From: Candidatus Eiseniibacteriota bacterium
GTDB taxonomy: Bacteria > Eisenbacteria > RBG-16-71-46 > SZUA-252
Direction of reading: 5' to 3'
Length of the DNA stretch: 64,000 bases
NCBI GenBank assembly: GCA_963703225.1
Contig: OY969801.1
Coordinates: forward strand, 2,688,001 to 2,752,000
Shown here: in pieces, positions 1-9,024 of the stretch
Position numbering within the stretch: the first letter of the stretch is position 1
Layout of the letters: each line of letters starts with the position of its first letter
Notes under the pieces: model-generated
What the model was told of the DNA's origin: nothing
The model's database searches: none
The model's input: only the letters and a program-made list of their open reading frames with translations
Translations under genes and position numbers: made by a program

Positions 1-120
1 TACGGATTGACCCAGGCCCTGCGCGCGCAGAAGAAGTCGCAGGAAGCGGCCGCGGCGGAGAAACGATTCCGCCAGGCGTGGGCCAAGTCCGACGTCACGC
101 TGCTGGCCTCCCGTTACTAG
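1..120 (+). CDS. 3' end of a TPR-like protein (partial)
   Basis: Frame 1 reads YGLTQALRAQKKSQEAAAAEKRFRQAWAKSDVTLLASRY* (TAG 118-120), a typical helical TPR-protein C-terminus. Confidence 0.6.
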   Translation, partial: YGLTQALRAQKKSQEAAAAEKRFRQAWAKSDVTLLASRY

Positions 121-128
121 CGGAACCG

Positions 129-770
129 ATGCCCGTCGCGCCGACGCTCCTGACGTTCGACATCTTCGGGACCGTCCTCGACTGGCGTCGGGGCCTCGCG
201 GAGGCCGCCGAGGCTCAGGGCGTGCGATTGGGCGATCGCGAGTTCGACGCCGTCATCGACTACCAGGCCCTCGCCGAGGCCGGAGCCTATCGGCCCTACT
301 CCGATATTCTCGCCGAGAGCCTTGCGCGCGTGCTCCGCATGGAGCGCCGCGCGGCGCGCGCCATCGCGGCCGAAGCCGGCCGCTGGCCACTCTTTCCCGA
401 TTCCGCCACCGGCCTCCGCATGCTCATGCGGATCGCGCCCTGCGTCGCGATGACCAACAGCGATCAGGATCACGGTCGGCAGGTGCAGGACCAGCTCGGA
501 TTCAGGCTCAGCGGATGGATTTGCGCGGAGGACGTTCGGTGCTACAAGCCGGCGGCCGAATTCTGGACCGCGGTCAGCGCGCGGAGGGACCAGCCCTTCG
601 GTCCGAGCTGGTGGCACGTTTCGGCGTACGCGGACTACGACCACACGACGGCCGGGCGCCTCGGGCTCACGACCGTGTTCGTCGGGCGCGAGCACTCGCG
701 TTGGGGCCCGTCCGCGATCACGGTGACCGACCTCGGGGCGCTCGCTACTTCCCTTGGAGGACGCTCCTGA
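129..770 (+). CDS. HAD-superfamily hydrolase (haloacid dehalogenase-like)
   Basis: LTFDIFGTVLDW motif I, TNSD, CYKP, HVSAYADYD. ATG at 129, just after the upstream stop. Confidence 0.85.
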   Translation: MPVAPTLLTFDIFGTVLDWRRGLAEAAEAQGVRLGDREFDAVIDYQALAEAGAYRPYSDILAESLARVLRMERRAARAIAAEAGRWPLFPDSATGLRMLMRIAPCVAMTNSDQDHGRQVQDQLGFRLSGWICAEDVRCYKPAAEFWTAVSARRDQPFGPSWWHVSAYADYDHTTAGRLGLTTVFVGREHSRWGPSAITVTDLGALATSLGGRS

Positions 771-1665
771 GCACGAACGCGACGTTCGCGGGGCGCTCGG
801 CCAAGCGGCGCATGAAGTAGGGGACCCACTGGGTTCCGAACGTGACGTAGACCCGCACCAGAATCCCCTCCCGCACGAGCTTTTCCTGAAGGTCCCGGCG
901 AACCCCCAGGAGCATCTGAACCTCCCACGCGTCGGGGGCCATCGCGTGATTCCGGGCAAGCTCCTTCGCGTATTCGAGCAGCGACTCGTCGTGCGTGGCG
1001 ATGGCCGGGAAAAACCCGTCGGCGAAGAGGATCGCCATCAGCGTTCGGTAGTTTTCGTCCACCTGCCGCTTTTCGGGAAAGGCGACCGTGGAAGGCTCGA
1101 GATAGGCGCCCTTCACCAGCCGGATCTTCGGATGAGACGGCTGGAGGCGGCGCAAGTCCCCTTCGGTTCGGTGGAGGTAGGACTGGACGGCCAGCCCGAC
1201 GTTCTCGTGACGGGAGCGGACCTGCTCGAAGAGATCGACGGTAGCCCCCGAGACCGAGGAGTGCTCCATGTCGATCTCGACGATGGTCCTGAAGGACGCC
1301 GCTTCCCCGGTCAAACGGAGCGTCAGCTCACGGCAAAGGTCGGGTGCGAAATCGAGGCCGAGCTGTGTGGGCTTGATCGTGATGTTGCCGTTGATCTTTC
1401 TCGCCGAGAGCTCGCGGAGAATCTTGTGGTAGCTCTCATACGCGGCCTCTGCCTCGCGGCGCTCGGTCACGTTCTCGCCCAGCTGATTCATGATCACCAG
1501 CATTCCCTTCGCGTTCAGATCCCCGGCGACCTGGAGGGCCTCCTCCAGCGTCTCCCCCGCGATGAATCGCCGAGCGAATCCCAGCCTCATGCCGGTACGA
1601 GCGATGGGCTGGGTCACGAAGGGCTTCGTGGAGAGCCAGGAGATGAAATCGCGGAGCAGGGGCAT
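745..1665 (-). CDS. Monofunctional proline dehydrogenase
   Basis: RRFIAGET, IKPTQLG, IDME, RLVKGAY, IATHD, QMLLG, YFMRRLAERP motifs; 306 aa. Confidence 0.92.
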   Translation of the reverse strand: MPLLRDFISWLSTKPFVTQPIARTGMRLGFARRFIAGETLEEALQVAGDLNAKGMLVIMNQLGENVTERREAEAAYESYHKILRELSARKINGNITIKPTQLGLDFAPDLCRELTLRLTGEAASFRTIVEIDMEHSSVSGATVDLFEQVRSRHENVGLAVQSYLHRTEGDLRRLQPSHPKIRLVKGAYLEPSTVAFPEKRQVDENYRTLMAILFADGFFPAIATHDESLLEYAKELARNHAMAPDAWEVQMLLGVRRDLQEKLVREGILVRVYVTFGTQWVPYFMRRLAERPANVAFVLRSVLQGK

Positions 1666-1720
1666 GGGCCGAGTACTCTACCCGATCGGTCGAGCCGGGG
1701 AAACGCCGGAGCGCGGCGAC

Positions 1721-2566
1721 TTACCAGTCGCGGCGGCGAAAGATGAGCGCGGCCAAGAAGAGCGGCACAGCCGTCTCCAAGAAGAGCACGCCGAGCCCGA
1801 TCGCGATTCCCACGCCGCTGCCGAACATCTTGACCAGCACGGCGGCGGTTGGGCCGAAGAGCGCCCCGGACCCCACCGCGAGGGTCGTCAGCACGCGAAC
1901 CAGGTCGACCGGATTGAGGAGAAGTGCGGGAAAGAGCACCGTCTGGAGTGGAACGCCCCGCAGGAGCGCCGTGGCGCCGAGTACCACGAGGTCGTAGGCC
2001 ACCACCATGAGGAGCCAGAGGAGGAGCGCCGCTGACATCGCCTTCAGCCGGTCGGGCCAGACCACCGCGAGGAACAGGGACACCGCCAAACTCAGCCATC
2101 CAAGCACCAGAGAGAGCCCCGTCAAGACGAGGAACCCAGGCACCTGGTCGGGGCCGGCGTTCAGCGCCACGACGATCCCTCCCCCACCGAAGCCGAGGGC
2201 CTGCGCGACCCCGAACGCCGCGGCGAGTCCAATGAATTTGCCTCCGAGCACCTCACCCCGTGTTACCGGCTGGGCCAGGAGCAACGAGAGGGTCTCGCTG
2301 CCGCCCGTGACGCTCGTTACACCCAGGACGAGCCCGGTGAGCGGGACCACGAAGAGAACCAAGTTGAGGAGGCTGAGCGTCACGCGGGCGAACCCCTGGA
2401 ATCCCACCTCGCGGCTCTGGGCGAGCCCGAAGTAGGAGAGCCCAAGGACGATCGCGGCGAAGATCGCGGCAAAGGCAAAGAGCCAGCGCGCCTCGAGAGC
2501 GCGGCGATACTCCTCCCGCGCGATGACGCGGATCCGGCGCCCCCTGCCCGGTTGAGATGGGCTCAC
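1721..2566 (-). CDS. nosY: NosY-like ABC permease of the Cu/S maturation system
   Basis: IAREEYR, LLLAQPVTRGEVLGGKF, LLNPVDLVR; multiple TM helices. GTG at 2566 overlaps the upstream TGA. nos context. Confidence 0.85.
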   Translation of the reverse strand: MSPSQPGRGRRIRVIAREEYRRALEARWLFAFAAIFAAIVLGLSYFGLAQSREVGFQGFARVTLSLLNLVLFVVPLTGLVLGVTSVTGGSETLSLLLAQPVTRGEVLGGKFIGLAAAFGVAQALGFGGGGIVVALNAGPDQVPGFLVLTGLSLVLGWLSLAVSLFLAVVWPDRLKAMSAALLLWLLMVVAYDLVVLGATALLRGVPLQTVLFPALLLNPVDLVRVLTTLAVGSGALFGPTAAVLVKMFGSGVGIAIGLGVLFLETAVPLFLAALIFRRRDW

Positions 2567-2985
2567 TGGTGTCCTTCCACGAGGTGGGACCCCGCGACGA
2601 TCAACCGTCCCGCAGGCTCTCCGTTCACCAGAAAGGCAAAATCTTCGCCGGGACGGTCCGCCAGAAGCTCCCCCCTCCACGACGCGCCCGGCTGGAGGGC
2701 GACCGCCGGCAGGCGATCTTCGTAGCCTGGAAGCGCGAGCTCCGCGCGCGATGAGCCGGCGTTGACCACCGTGAGGGCGAGGCGCTGCCCTTTCAGCGCA
2801 TGGATCGTCGCCGGATTCAGCGCCCCGTCCTCGATGGTGAGGGCGACGGCGACGGCCGTGGTGGGCGTGGCGAGCTTCTCTCGGATCATCGCCCTCCGAC
2901 CCGGGACGCGCCCGAGCGCGCTCACCGCGAGCGCGAGCGCGAGCACTGCCCCCAGGAGCCAAAGGTAGGGACGCCTAGTGCTCAT
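2563..2985 (-). CDS. Secreted/anchored cupredoxin-fold protein
   Basis: N-terminal hydrophobic segment, LNPATIHALKGQRLALTVVN and DRPGEDFAF cupredoxin-like strands, C-terminal HLVEGHQ. Overlaps nosF and nosY. Confidence 0.65.
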   Translation of the reverse strand: MSTRRPYLWLLGAVLALALAVSALGRVPGRRAMIREKLATPTTAVAVALTIEDGALNPATIHALKGQRLALTVVNAGSSRAELALPGYEDRLPAVALQPGASWRGELLADRPGEDFAFLVNGEPAGRLIVAGSHLVEGHQ

Positions 2986-3892
2986 GTCCTTCTCCGCGAA
3001 CCACGTTGAGGAACATCTCTTCGAGCGTCGGCCCTTGGAGCTGGAAGGAGCGCATGGCGACACCTGCTTCGCGCAGGGATTCCAGCACGTCCAGGCTTCT
3101 CCCGTTCGAGGCCTGAACGACCAACCCATGGGCTCCCACCGTTTCAAAGGCGAGCCCTGCCTGGCGAAGAATCTGCGACGCCCGATCGCCGGAGTCGCGC
3201 AGCTCGATGCGGAGCCGGCTCGCCTGGAGCTGCCGCTCGCGCAGGTCCGCGAGGCGCTCGAGGGCGGCCTGGCGGCCGTCGAGGAGGATCAGCACGCGGT
3301 CCGCGACGCGCTCGACTTCGCTCAGCAGGTGAGAGCTGAGAATGACGGTCTTTCCCTCGCGCTGGAGCTGCACGAGAAGCGAGCGGAACTCCCATGTCGC
3401 CTCGGGATCGAGGCTCGCCGTCGGCTCGTCCAGAACGAGGAGCCCTGGGTCTCCGAGGAGCGCCTGGGCGAGCGTCAGCCGCTGTGTGTAGCCGCCGGAA
3501 AGGTCACGCGCACGCCGCCCGGCATGGGAGGCGAGCCCCACCCGCTCCAGGGCGAGATCAACCGTGCCGCGCGCGAGCCCGCGAATCTCCGCGAAGAAGG
3601 CGAGCACCTCGACTACGGTCCGCGCGGGAGGAAATTCAACCCGCTGCGGCACGTAGCCGAGGCCGTGACGCGCGCGCGAGTCATGGGGCGGGAGGCCAGG
3701 ATGCCCAATCGACACGCTGCCCTCGTCGGGTCGCGTGAGCCCGAGGAGGATCTTGAGGGTCGTCGTCTTGCCCGCTCCGTTGGGGCCGATCAGGGCGAAC
3801 GTCTCGCCCTGCTCCACCTGGAACGAGAGGCGGTCGACCGCGGTGACCGATCCGTACCGCTTGACGATCCCCTCCACGCGAATCATCGCCAT
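2975..3892 (-). CDS. nosF: NosF-like ABC ATP-binding protein
   Basis: GPNGAGKTT Walker A, LSGG, LVLDEPT, SSH; lies between nosD and nosY. Confidence 0.88.
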   Translation of the reverse strand: MAMIRVEGIVKRYGSVTAVDRLSFQVEQGETFALIGPNGAGKTTTLKILLGLTRPDEGSVSIGHPGLPPHDSRARHGLGYVPQRVEFPPARTVVEVLAFFAEIRGLARGTVDLALERVGLASHAGRRARDLSGGYTQRLTLAQALLGDPGLLVLDEPTASLDPEATWEFRSLLVQLQREGKTVILSSHLLSEVERVADRVLILLDGRQAALERLADLRERQLQASRLRIELRDSGDRASQILRQAGLAFETVGAHGLVVQASNGRSLDVLESLREAGVAMRSFQLQGPTLEEMFLNVVRGEGHEH

Positions 3893-5223
3893 GGCCGCCT
3901 TCCCAGTAGCCCGACGAGCCCCATCGCGAGGAGCGCGGATGAGGCCGCGAACGCGGCCCAGACGGGCCTCGGGCCTTCACCGGCCGTCCCGCCTGGCGCG
4001 GAAGCCCCGGCCCCACCCACCGGCGCCACCAGCGGACGGTTGTCCACGATCTCGCTGGGCCGAAGCGCCGGAAATACGCGTTCGGCCACGGTGATCGCGA
4101 CCACGGCAGGGCTCTTTGCCAACAACGAGATGTCCGGGTTCTGCTTGGACAAGAACGCGAACGCGCTCACCGGCGAATAAGGAATGTCGCTGATGCCGTC
4201 GGAATTCAGATCGTACGGCGCGTTGTCGCTCCAGAAGTTGCCGGCCTGTCCGTCATCGAAGCGATTGTCCGATCGCCTCATGTCGAGCGCCACCGGGTAG
4301 TCGTTGTTCAGAAACGTATTTCGGGCCGTCTCGTTGCCGGCGCAGGAGGAGAACATGAGGAGGCCCCAGCCATTGTCCTGGAACAGATTTCGGCGAATTC
4401 GGTTGCGGTTGGAATTGTCCATGAAGACCGCGATCGTGTTGTCAGCCATGCGATTCTCGACGAAGTCACCCGCCGAGCAGTCCCGGAGAAGAAGCCCGTA
4501 TGTTCGAGGCCCGCGGTTGTGAAGAAACGCGTTGCCCTGCACGAGCAGATGGTTGGAGAACATGATCGCGCAGCCGGCCACGTTGCGTGCGAAGAGGTTG
4601 CCTACGAGGCGATTATCCTGGCAATACATCGTGTGCAACCCGTATCGGCCGCAGTCACGAAATCGATCTCCGGAGACGCGCGTGCGGTCGGCGAACGAGA
4701 GGTAGACACCGTCCTGAAACCGTTCCACCGTGTTGTCCACGATCTGGGCGTCGTGGGAGTACCAGAGATGAATCCCATTTCCGTCGCCGCTCTCGTTGAG
4801 CGGCTGGACGCGCCCCGTCAGGTGGCAGTCCTCGACCGAGAGGCTCTCCGCCCGCTCCGCGTAGATCCCGTAGAGCACGTCGCGGAGAACGATTCGGCGC
4901 AGCACCACGCCCCGGGAATTCCCCACATGGATCCCGCTGTCGATTGTGACCACCCTAGGGCCGCTTCCCTGAACCGTGAGGTCCTCGACCACCGCATGGT
5001 CGGACGCGATCCGGAGCACCGTCCCGTCGCCGTCGCCGTCCAGAATCGCCCCTGGATTGCCACGGAGCGTGATCATTCGATCAATGAGGACCGGGCCGCG
5101 GTGGGTGCCCGCCGCGAGCTCGATGACGTCGCCCGGCGACGCGGCGGCGATGGCGGCGTTGGCCGCACCCGGCTCGGGCGGAACCGCGATCGAGGCGGCA
5201 TGGACCGGCTGGGCCCCGCAGGG
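3883..5223 (-). CDS. nosD: NosD nitrous-oxide reductase maturation protein (5' end frameshifted)
   Basis: Beta-helix repeats, GNGIHLW, RYGLHTMY, GNFWSD..YDLNSDG. The frame stays open upstream of ATG 5076 (AAIAAASPGDVIELAAGTHRGP) to TAG 5224-5226; the signal peptide lies in another frame. Confidence 0.88.
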   Translation of the reverse strand, partial: PCGAQPVHAASIAVPPEPGAANAAIAAASPGDVIELAAGTHRGPVLIDRMITLRGNPGAILDGDGDGTVLRIASDHAVVEDLTVQGSGPRVVTIDSGIHVGNSRGVVLRRIVLRDVLYGIYAERAESLSVEDCHLTGRVQPLNESGDGNGIHLWYSHDAQIVDNTVERFQDGVYLSFADRTRVSGDRFRDCGRYGLHTMYCQDNRLVGNLFARNVAGCAIMFSNHLLVQGNAFLHNRGPRTYGLLLRDCSAGDFVENRMADNTIAVFMDNSNRNRIRRNLFQDNGWGLLMFSSCAGNETARNTFLNNDYPVALDMRRSDNRFDDGQAGNFWSDNAPYDLNSDGISDIPYSPVSAFAFLSKQNPDISLLAKSPAVVAITVAERVFPALRPSEIVDNRPLVAPVGGAGASAPGGTAGEGPRPVWAAFAASSALLAMGLVGLLGRRPWR

Positions 5224-5842
5224 CTAGCGCCACGAGGATCGGTAGCGGCGCGGCGCGCGGCGCGGTGCTCGACGAGAAATACAATGGGGCCGAGCAGCCA
5301 GGCCAAACCCAAGAGAAGCGTGCCCGGCCCCGGGAGGCTCCACACCTTGAAGTTCGCCATCTGCTTGAAACCGATCAGCGGCGGCGTGAACGCATCCAGC
5401 TTGATGGCTGCCCGCGGATCGAGGTCGTGGCCGTAGTGCCATAGCCAGTTGGCGTAGTCGCGGAACATGTAAACCGCGAATCCGGTGAAGCCGAGCCATC
5501 CAAGGATGGCGAGCCATCGCCGGTTGACGAGCGCCGCCAAGAGCGCCATCACCCCGAAGAAGGTGAGGAGCTGCGGCATGTACGTGAATTCCTGGAAGTC
5601 GTTCGGGGTGATCGGGTGCATTCCGACGTAGTGGTTCAGGATGTTGATCTTCTGGAGGTCTCCTTTGATCGTGTTCGTGTAGATCGTGAGCTGAAGCCCC
5701 TCGGGATACTGCGGTGCCCAGAGCTTCATCGTCCAGACGGGGAGAACCGGCAGGAAGAACACGGGCAGGAGCACCAGCGCCGCGACCACGATCCAGCGGC
5801 GCTCGGACCTTTGGAACGAACCGTTCAGGTACCCCACATCAT
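5224..5842 (-). CDS. nosB: NosB-like membrane protein of clade II nos clusters (ends uncertain because of indels)
   Basis: WTMKLWAPQYPEGL, INILNHYVGM, WHYGHDLDPRAAI, PPLIG motifs; about 4 TM helices; directly downstream of nosZ. Confidence 0.8.
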
Positions 5843-5894
5843 CCCCCGTTGAGGGCGCCGGGGCGATGAATCATCCGGCGCCCGCTGTCGATGC

Positions 5895-7797
5895 CTAGCG
5901 GCGAAGGAGCGCCGCGACTTCCGCCAGCTGCTTGGCATCCGGCCTCTGTATGGCCGCGACCGCCGTGCCTATCGGCGCGACCTCGAGGTATCCCTGCATC
6001 TCCTGGTGCAGCGCGCTGCAGAAGTTGGAGCAGTAGAACGGAATGATCCCCGACCTTCTGCGGCGATCCAGTGATCGTCTTTGTCTCGCCCGGCTCGACC
6101 TGCATGTCGATGTTCGAGTTCAGAGATTCCAAACCCGTGGGTGATGTCGTCGTCCTGCTCGAGGTTGGTGACATGGAAGTAGATCGTATCGCCCCGCGGC
6201 GACGCGGATGATGTCGGGCGTGAAGTGGGTGCGGATCGTCAACATGTAGACGTCGACACGGTTGCCCTTCCGGACCACGCGCGCCTCCTCGGCCGACTTG
6301 CACCGCGATACGGATCGGTGTTCTCGGCGAGCGAATAGATCTTGATCGGCTTGATCTTTCGAGCGCGCGATGATCTGCGCGTAGTGCGGCTCGGGATAGG
6401 TCGGGAAGTCGTAGAGCAGCTCCATCTTGGTCCGCGCAGGTCGATGAGCTGCGCCGCCTTCGGGATGCGATCGGGCCGACGGGCAGGTAGCGATCCTTCG
6501 AGAGCTTGTCGAGCGCCAGCAGGTACTCGCCGGTCGGGTGCCGCGTGTCGCCCTCGGCCGCGCATCAGGTGGCCGATCGAGTAGTAGACGTCGATCTTGT
6601 CCACGACCTTCCAGGTGCCGATCTTCCACTTGGCGATCTGCGAGTCGAGGAAGAGCGAGGTGTAGGCGTAGCCCTTGCCGTCGAACTGGGTGTGCAGCGG
6701 GCCGAGACCGACCGGCACCTTGGCCTCGAGCACGTCCTCGTACCGGAGGACCGGAATGCCCGTCGATCTCCTTGTCGAACTTCTTCGCGTCGATCGCTGC
6801 CTTCATCTTGGCGAAGCTGAACACCGTCACCTCGGCCTGGAGCTTTCCGGACGCGCAGATGTACTCACCGGTCGGGGTCACGTCCACGCCGTGCGGGCTC
6901 TTGGGCATCGGGATGAGATAGACGATGTCCTTCACGTCCTTGGGATCGAGCACCGGCGCTCCGCCGATGGTCTTCGCCTTGCCCGCGTCGACCGCCTTTT
7001 GCGCCTCGACGCCAGTTCACGGCGGCGACGTAGTCCATCTCGTTCTGCGACGCCTTGACCTCGAGCGAGTCGTAGGCCTTCTCGCTGTTGTAGCAGGTGA
7101 AGAACTGCCAGCCGTTGCTCGGGCCCTTGCCGGCGTCCGAGAGATCCCAGTCGAACGGAGGCATCAGGATCTCGAAGCCCATCGACATCTGGCCGTTCTT
7201 GTCCACCTTGATGCCGGCGATGATCCCGTTGAAGTCCTTCTTGTAGTTCTCGACCTTCGCCACTTTGTTCGTCGGCACCGGGGCCGAGAAGCGTGAAGCC
7301 GCGAAGACGTACTCGGTGTTCGGCGTCGGGTAGGGGCACGCATGCGCGGCCGAAATGTTCGGGATCGGTCCGTAGATCTGGCGGGTGGTGAAGTCCTTGA
7401 GGTCGATGCGTGCGATCCGAGCGTGCGGCATGTCGTTGATGAAGAGCCATCGCCCGTCGTAGTCGCCGTCCGTCTCGGAGAGGCCGGGGTGGTGCGCGTC
7501 GCCCCAGGTGAAGCCGCCGAGCATGGCCTTCGATTCCTCGTCAAAGCCGTAGCCGCGCGCCGGCTCGGGAGTGAATACCGGGATGTTCGTGATGTGGCGG
7601 CACGAGGGCAGCCCGTACACGAACACCTGCCCGGAGTGCCCACCGGAGAGAAAGGCGTAGTAGGTGTCGTATTCGCCCGGCTTCACGTACACCTTTTGGG
7701 CCGCTGGCGCCCCGCCCCCTCCGGCGCAGCCGGCCATTAGCGCCGCCAGCACGAACAGGGATGCGCCCACCGCGATGGAGCCAACGATTCGTTTCAT
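5895..7797 (-). CDS. nosZ: Clade II (Sec/lipoprotein) nitrous-oxide reductase, broken by many frameshifts
   Basis: RBS AAGGAGG, LMAGC lipobox, FLSGGHSGQ. CuZ motifs DAHH, SPHG, GPLH, IGH, EPH are spread over frames. CuA motif [16 protein letters not shown], then TAG at 5895-5897. Confidence 0.95.
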
Positions 7798-7827
7798 GGA
7801 TTGATCCTCCTCCTTGAACGCGGCCAA

Positions 7828-8283
7828 CTAGTGAGCCTCGGAGTGCTCCTTGTCCTTGTGCTTGAGAAACTCGACCAGTGCCTTGGCTTCTTCGGGCTTC
7901 AGCATGAGATTGGGCATCTGCACGGCGTACTTTGCGAGCAACTCCCGCGAGATCGGGTCCGTCTTGGTCATCACATCGGGGTGGAGCATCTGCTGCTCCA
8001 TCCAGGTGGCCGACCGGCGCTCGGTCACGCCCTGAAGGTCCGGTCCGGTGATTCGGACGCCAAACGCGTGGCAGGTGGAACAGGTCTTGGTCTTGAACAG
8101 CTTCTCGCCCACCCCGGCCAGCGCTTCGTCCACAGGCGCTTCTGCGGCTCGCGGCCCTGCGTCGAAGAGTGAAGTGTTCGCCGCTCCACCGGATGGGCCC
8201 GTACCATCTCCTGAATTTCCCCCGCACCCGGCCAGCCCGATTCCAGCGCCGACCAGGATGCCGAGGACAATCAGTCGCTTCAT
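7828..8283 (-). CDS. Lipoprotein monoheme cytochrome c (NosC-like)
   Basis: MKRLIVLGILVGAGIGLAGC lipobox, CSTCH, ITGPDL, QMP axial Met; RBS-like GAAAGGGG before ATG 8283. Confidence 0.88.
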   Translation of the reverse strand: MKRLIVLGILVGAGIGLAGCGGNSGDGTGPSGGAANTSLFDAGPRAAEAPVDEALAGVGEKLFKTKTCSTCHAFGVRITGPDLQGVTERRSATWMEQQMLHPDVMTKTDPISRELLAKYAVQMPNLMLKPEEAKALVEFLKHKDKEHSEAH

Positions 8284-8820
8284 GTGCGTGCCCCTTTCGC
8301 GCGTCGGGCGCCGGGACTGACCGGAACCGTCCTTGGGCGCTCCTGACAACATGCGAGCAGCGAATGCCTCCACTTCGCGCGGCCGGAGCACCCGCTCCGC
8401 CACGCCGATCACGACCGCCTCTTCCTTCCGGATGTGGATCCGAAGCAGATCGACGAAGTCTCGTAGGAGTACCCTGACCTGTTCATCCCTGGCGGCGCTC
8501 TGGGCCGTGGCGAGGAGCTCCGTGAGGGAAGTCAGCATCCCTCGGAGCGCGGCGTGCTCGGCGCGCAGCGGCTCGATGCTCAGACGGGTCTGTGGCAGAG
8601 CCTCGACCAGCGCGGGATAGAGGACCTCATCCTCCGCGGCCATATGGCTCTCGAACTGCCGCGCCAGCATGGAAAGAACTCCCTTCACCGCTTCGACCGG
8701 CCTAACGCTTCCCCCGGTCCCGACCGGACCGGGCCGGGCGGCTTCGTCGAGCGAGGAAATCTCCTTCAGCACGTATTGGTGATCCGCTCTCATTCGGTCA
8801 AAGACTCCTGGATTGCCCAT
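8284..8820 (-). CDS. Hemerythrin/HHE cation-binding domain, in frame with the cytochrome c (no stop)
   Basis: MRADH, HMAAEDEVLYP, RAEH, HIRKEE motifs. Confidence 0.82.
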
Positions 8821-8893
8821 GGCACCGCTCCTTGGCCTGAAGCCGATGACGTCCTCTTCGCTATGAGTTTCGGAGAATTCAGATCAGCCGCCC

Positions 8894-8907
8894 ATGACGG
8901 GCGTCAG
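8894..8907. promoter_or_regulatory. Crp/Fnr-type box 1
   Basis: ATGACGGGCGTCAG = TGAC-N4-GTCA palindrome in the divergent nos/regulator intergenic region. Confidence 0.6.
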
Positions 8908-8991
8908 TGGTGAGCAAGATTCTTGGTTGTTCGCCGAGGCGCGGAACTGGTAAGAATTCTTGGACTTAAGGCCTTGGCGGATGGCGGGCAC

Positions 8992-9005
8992 ATGATTTCC
9001 GTCAT
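8992..9005. promoter_or_regulatory. Crp/Fnr-type box 2
   Basis: ATGATTTCCGTCAT = ATGA-N6-TCAT palindrome 20 bp before the regulator ATG. Confidence 0.6.
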
Positions 9006-9024
9006 ACGCGGACGGGGAGGAACG

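Noticed and set aside
5895..7797. Programmed frameshifting or recoding of nosZ
   Set aside because: Too many shifts, no consistent slippery sites, and similar damage in an unrelated ABC operon.
5895..7797. A novel NosZ clade
   Set aside because: Standard clade II motifs (SGGHSGQ, Dx[21 protein letters not shown]) plus nosB; only AAHAC differs mildly.
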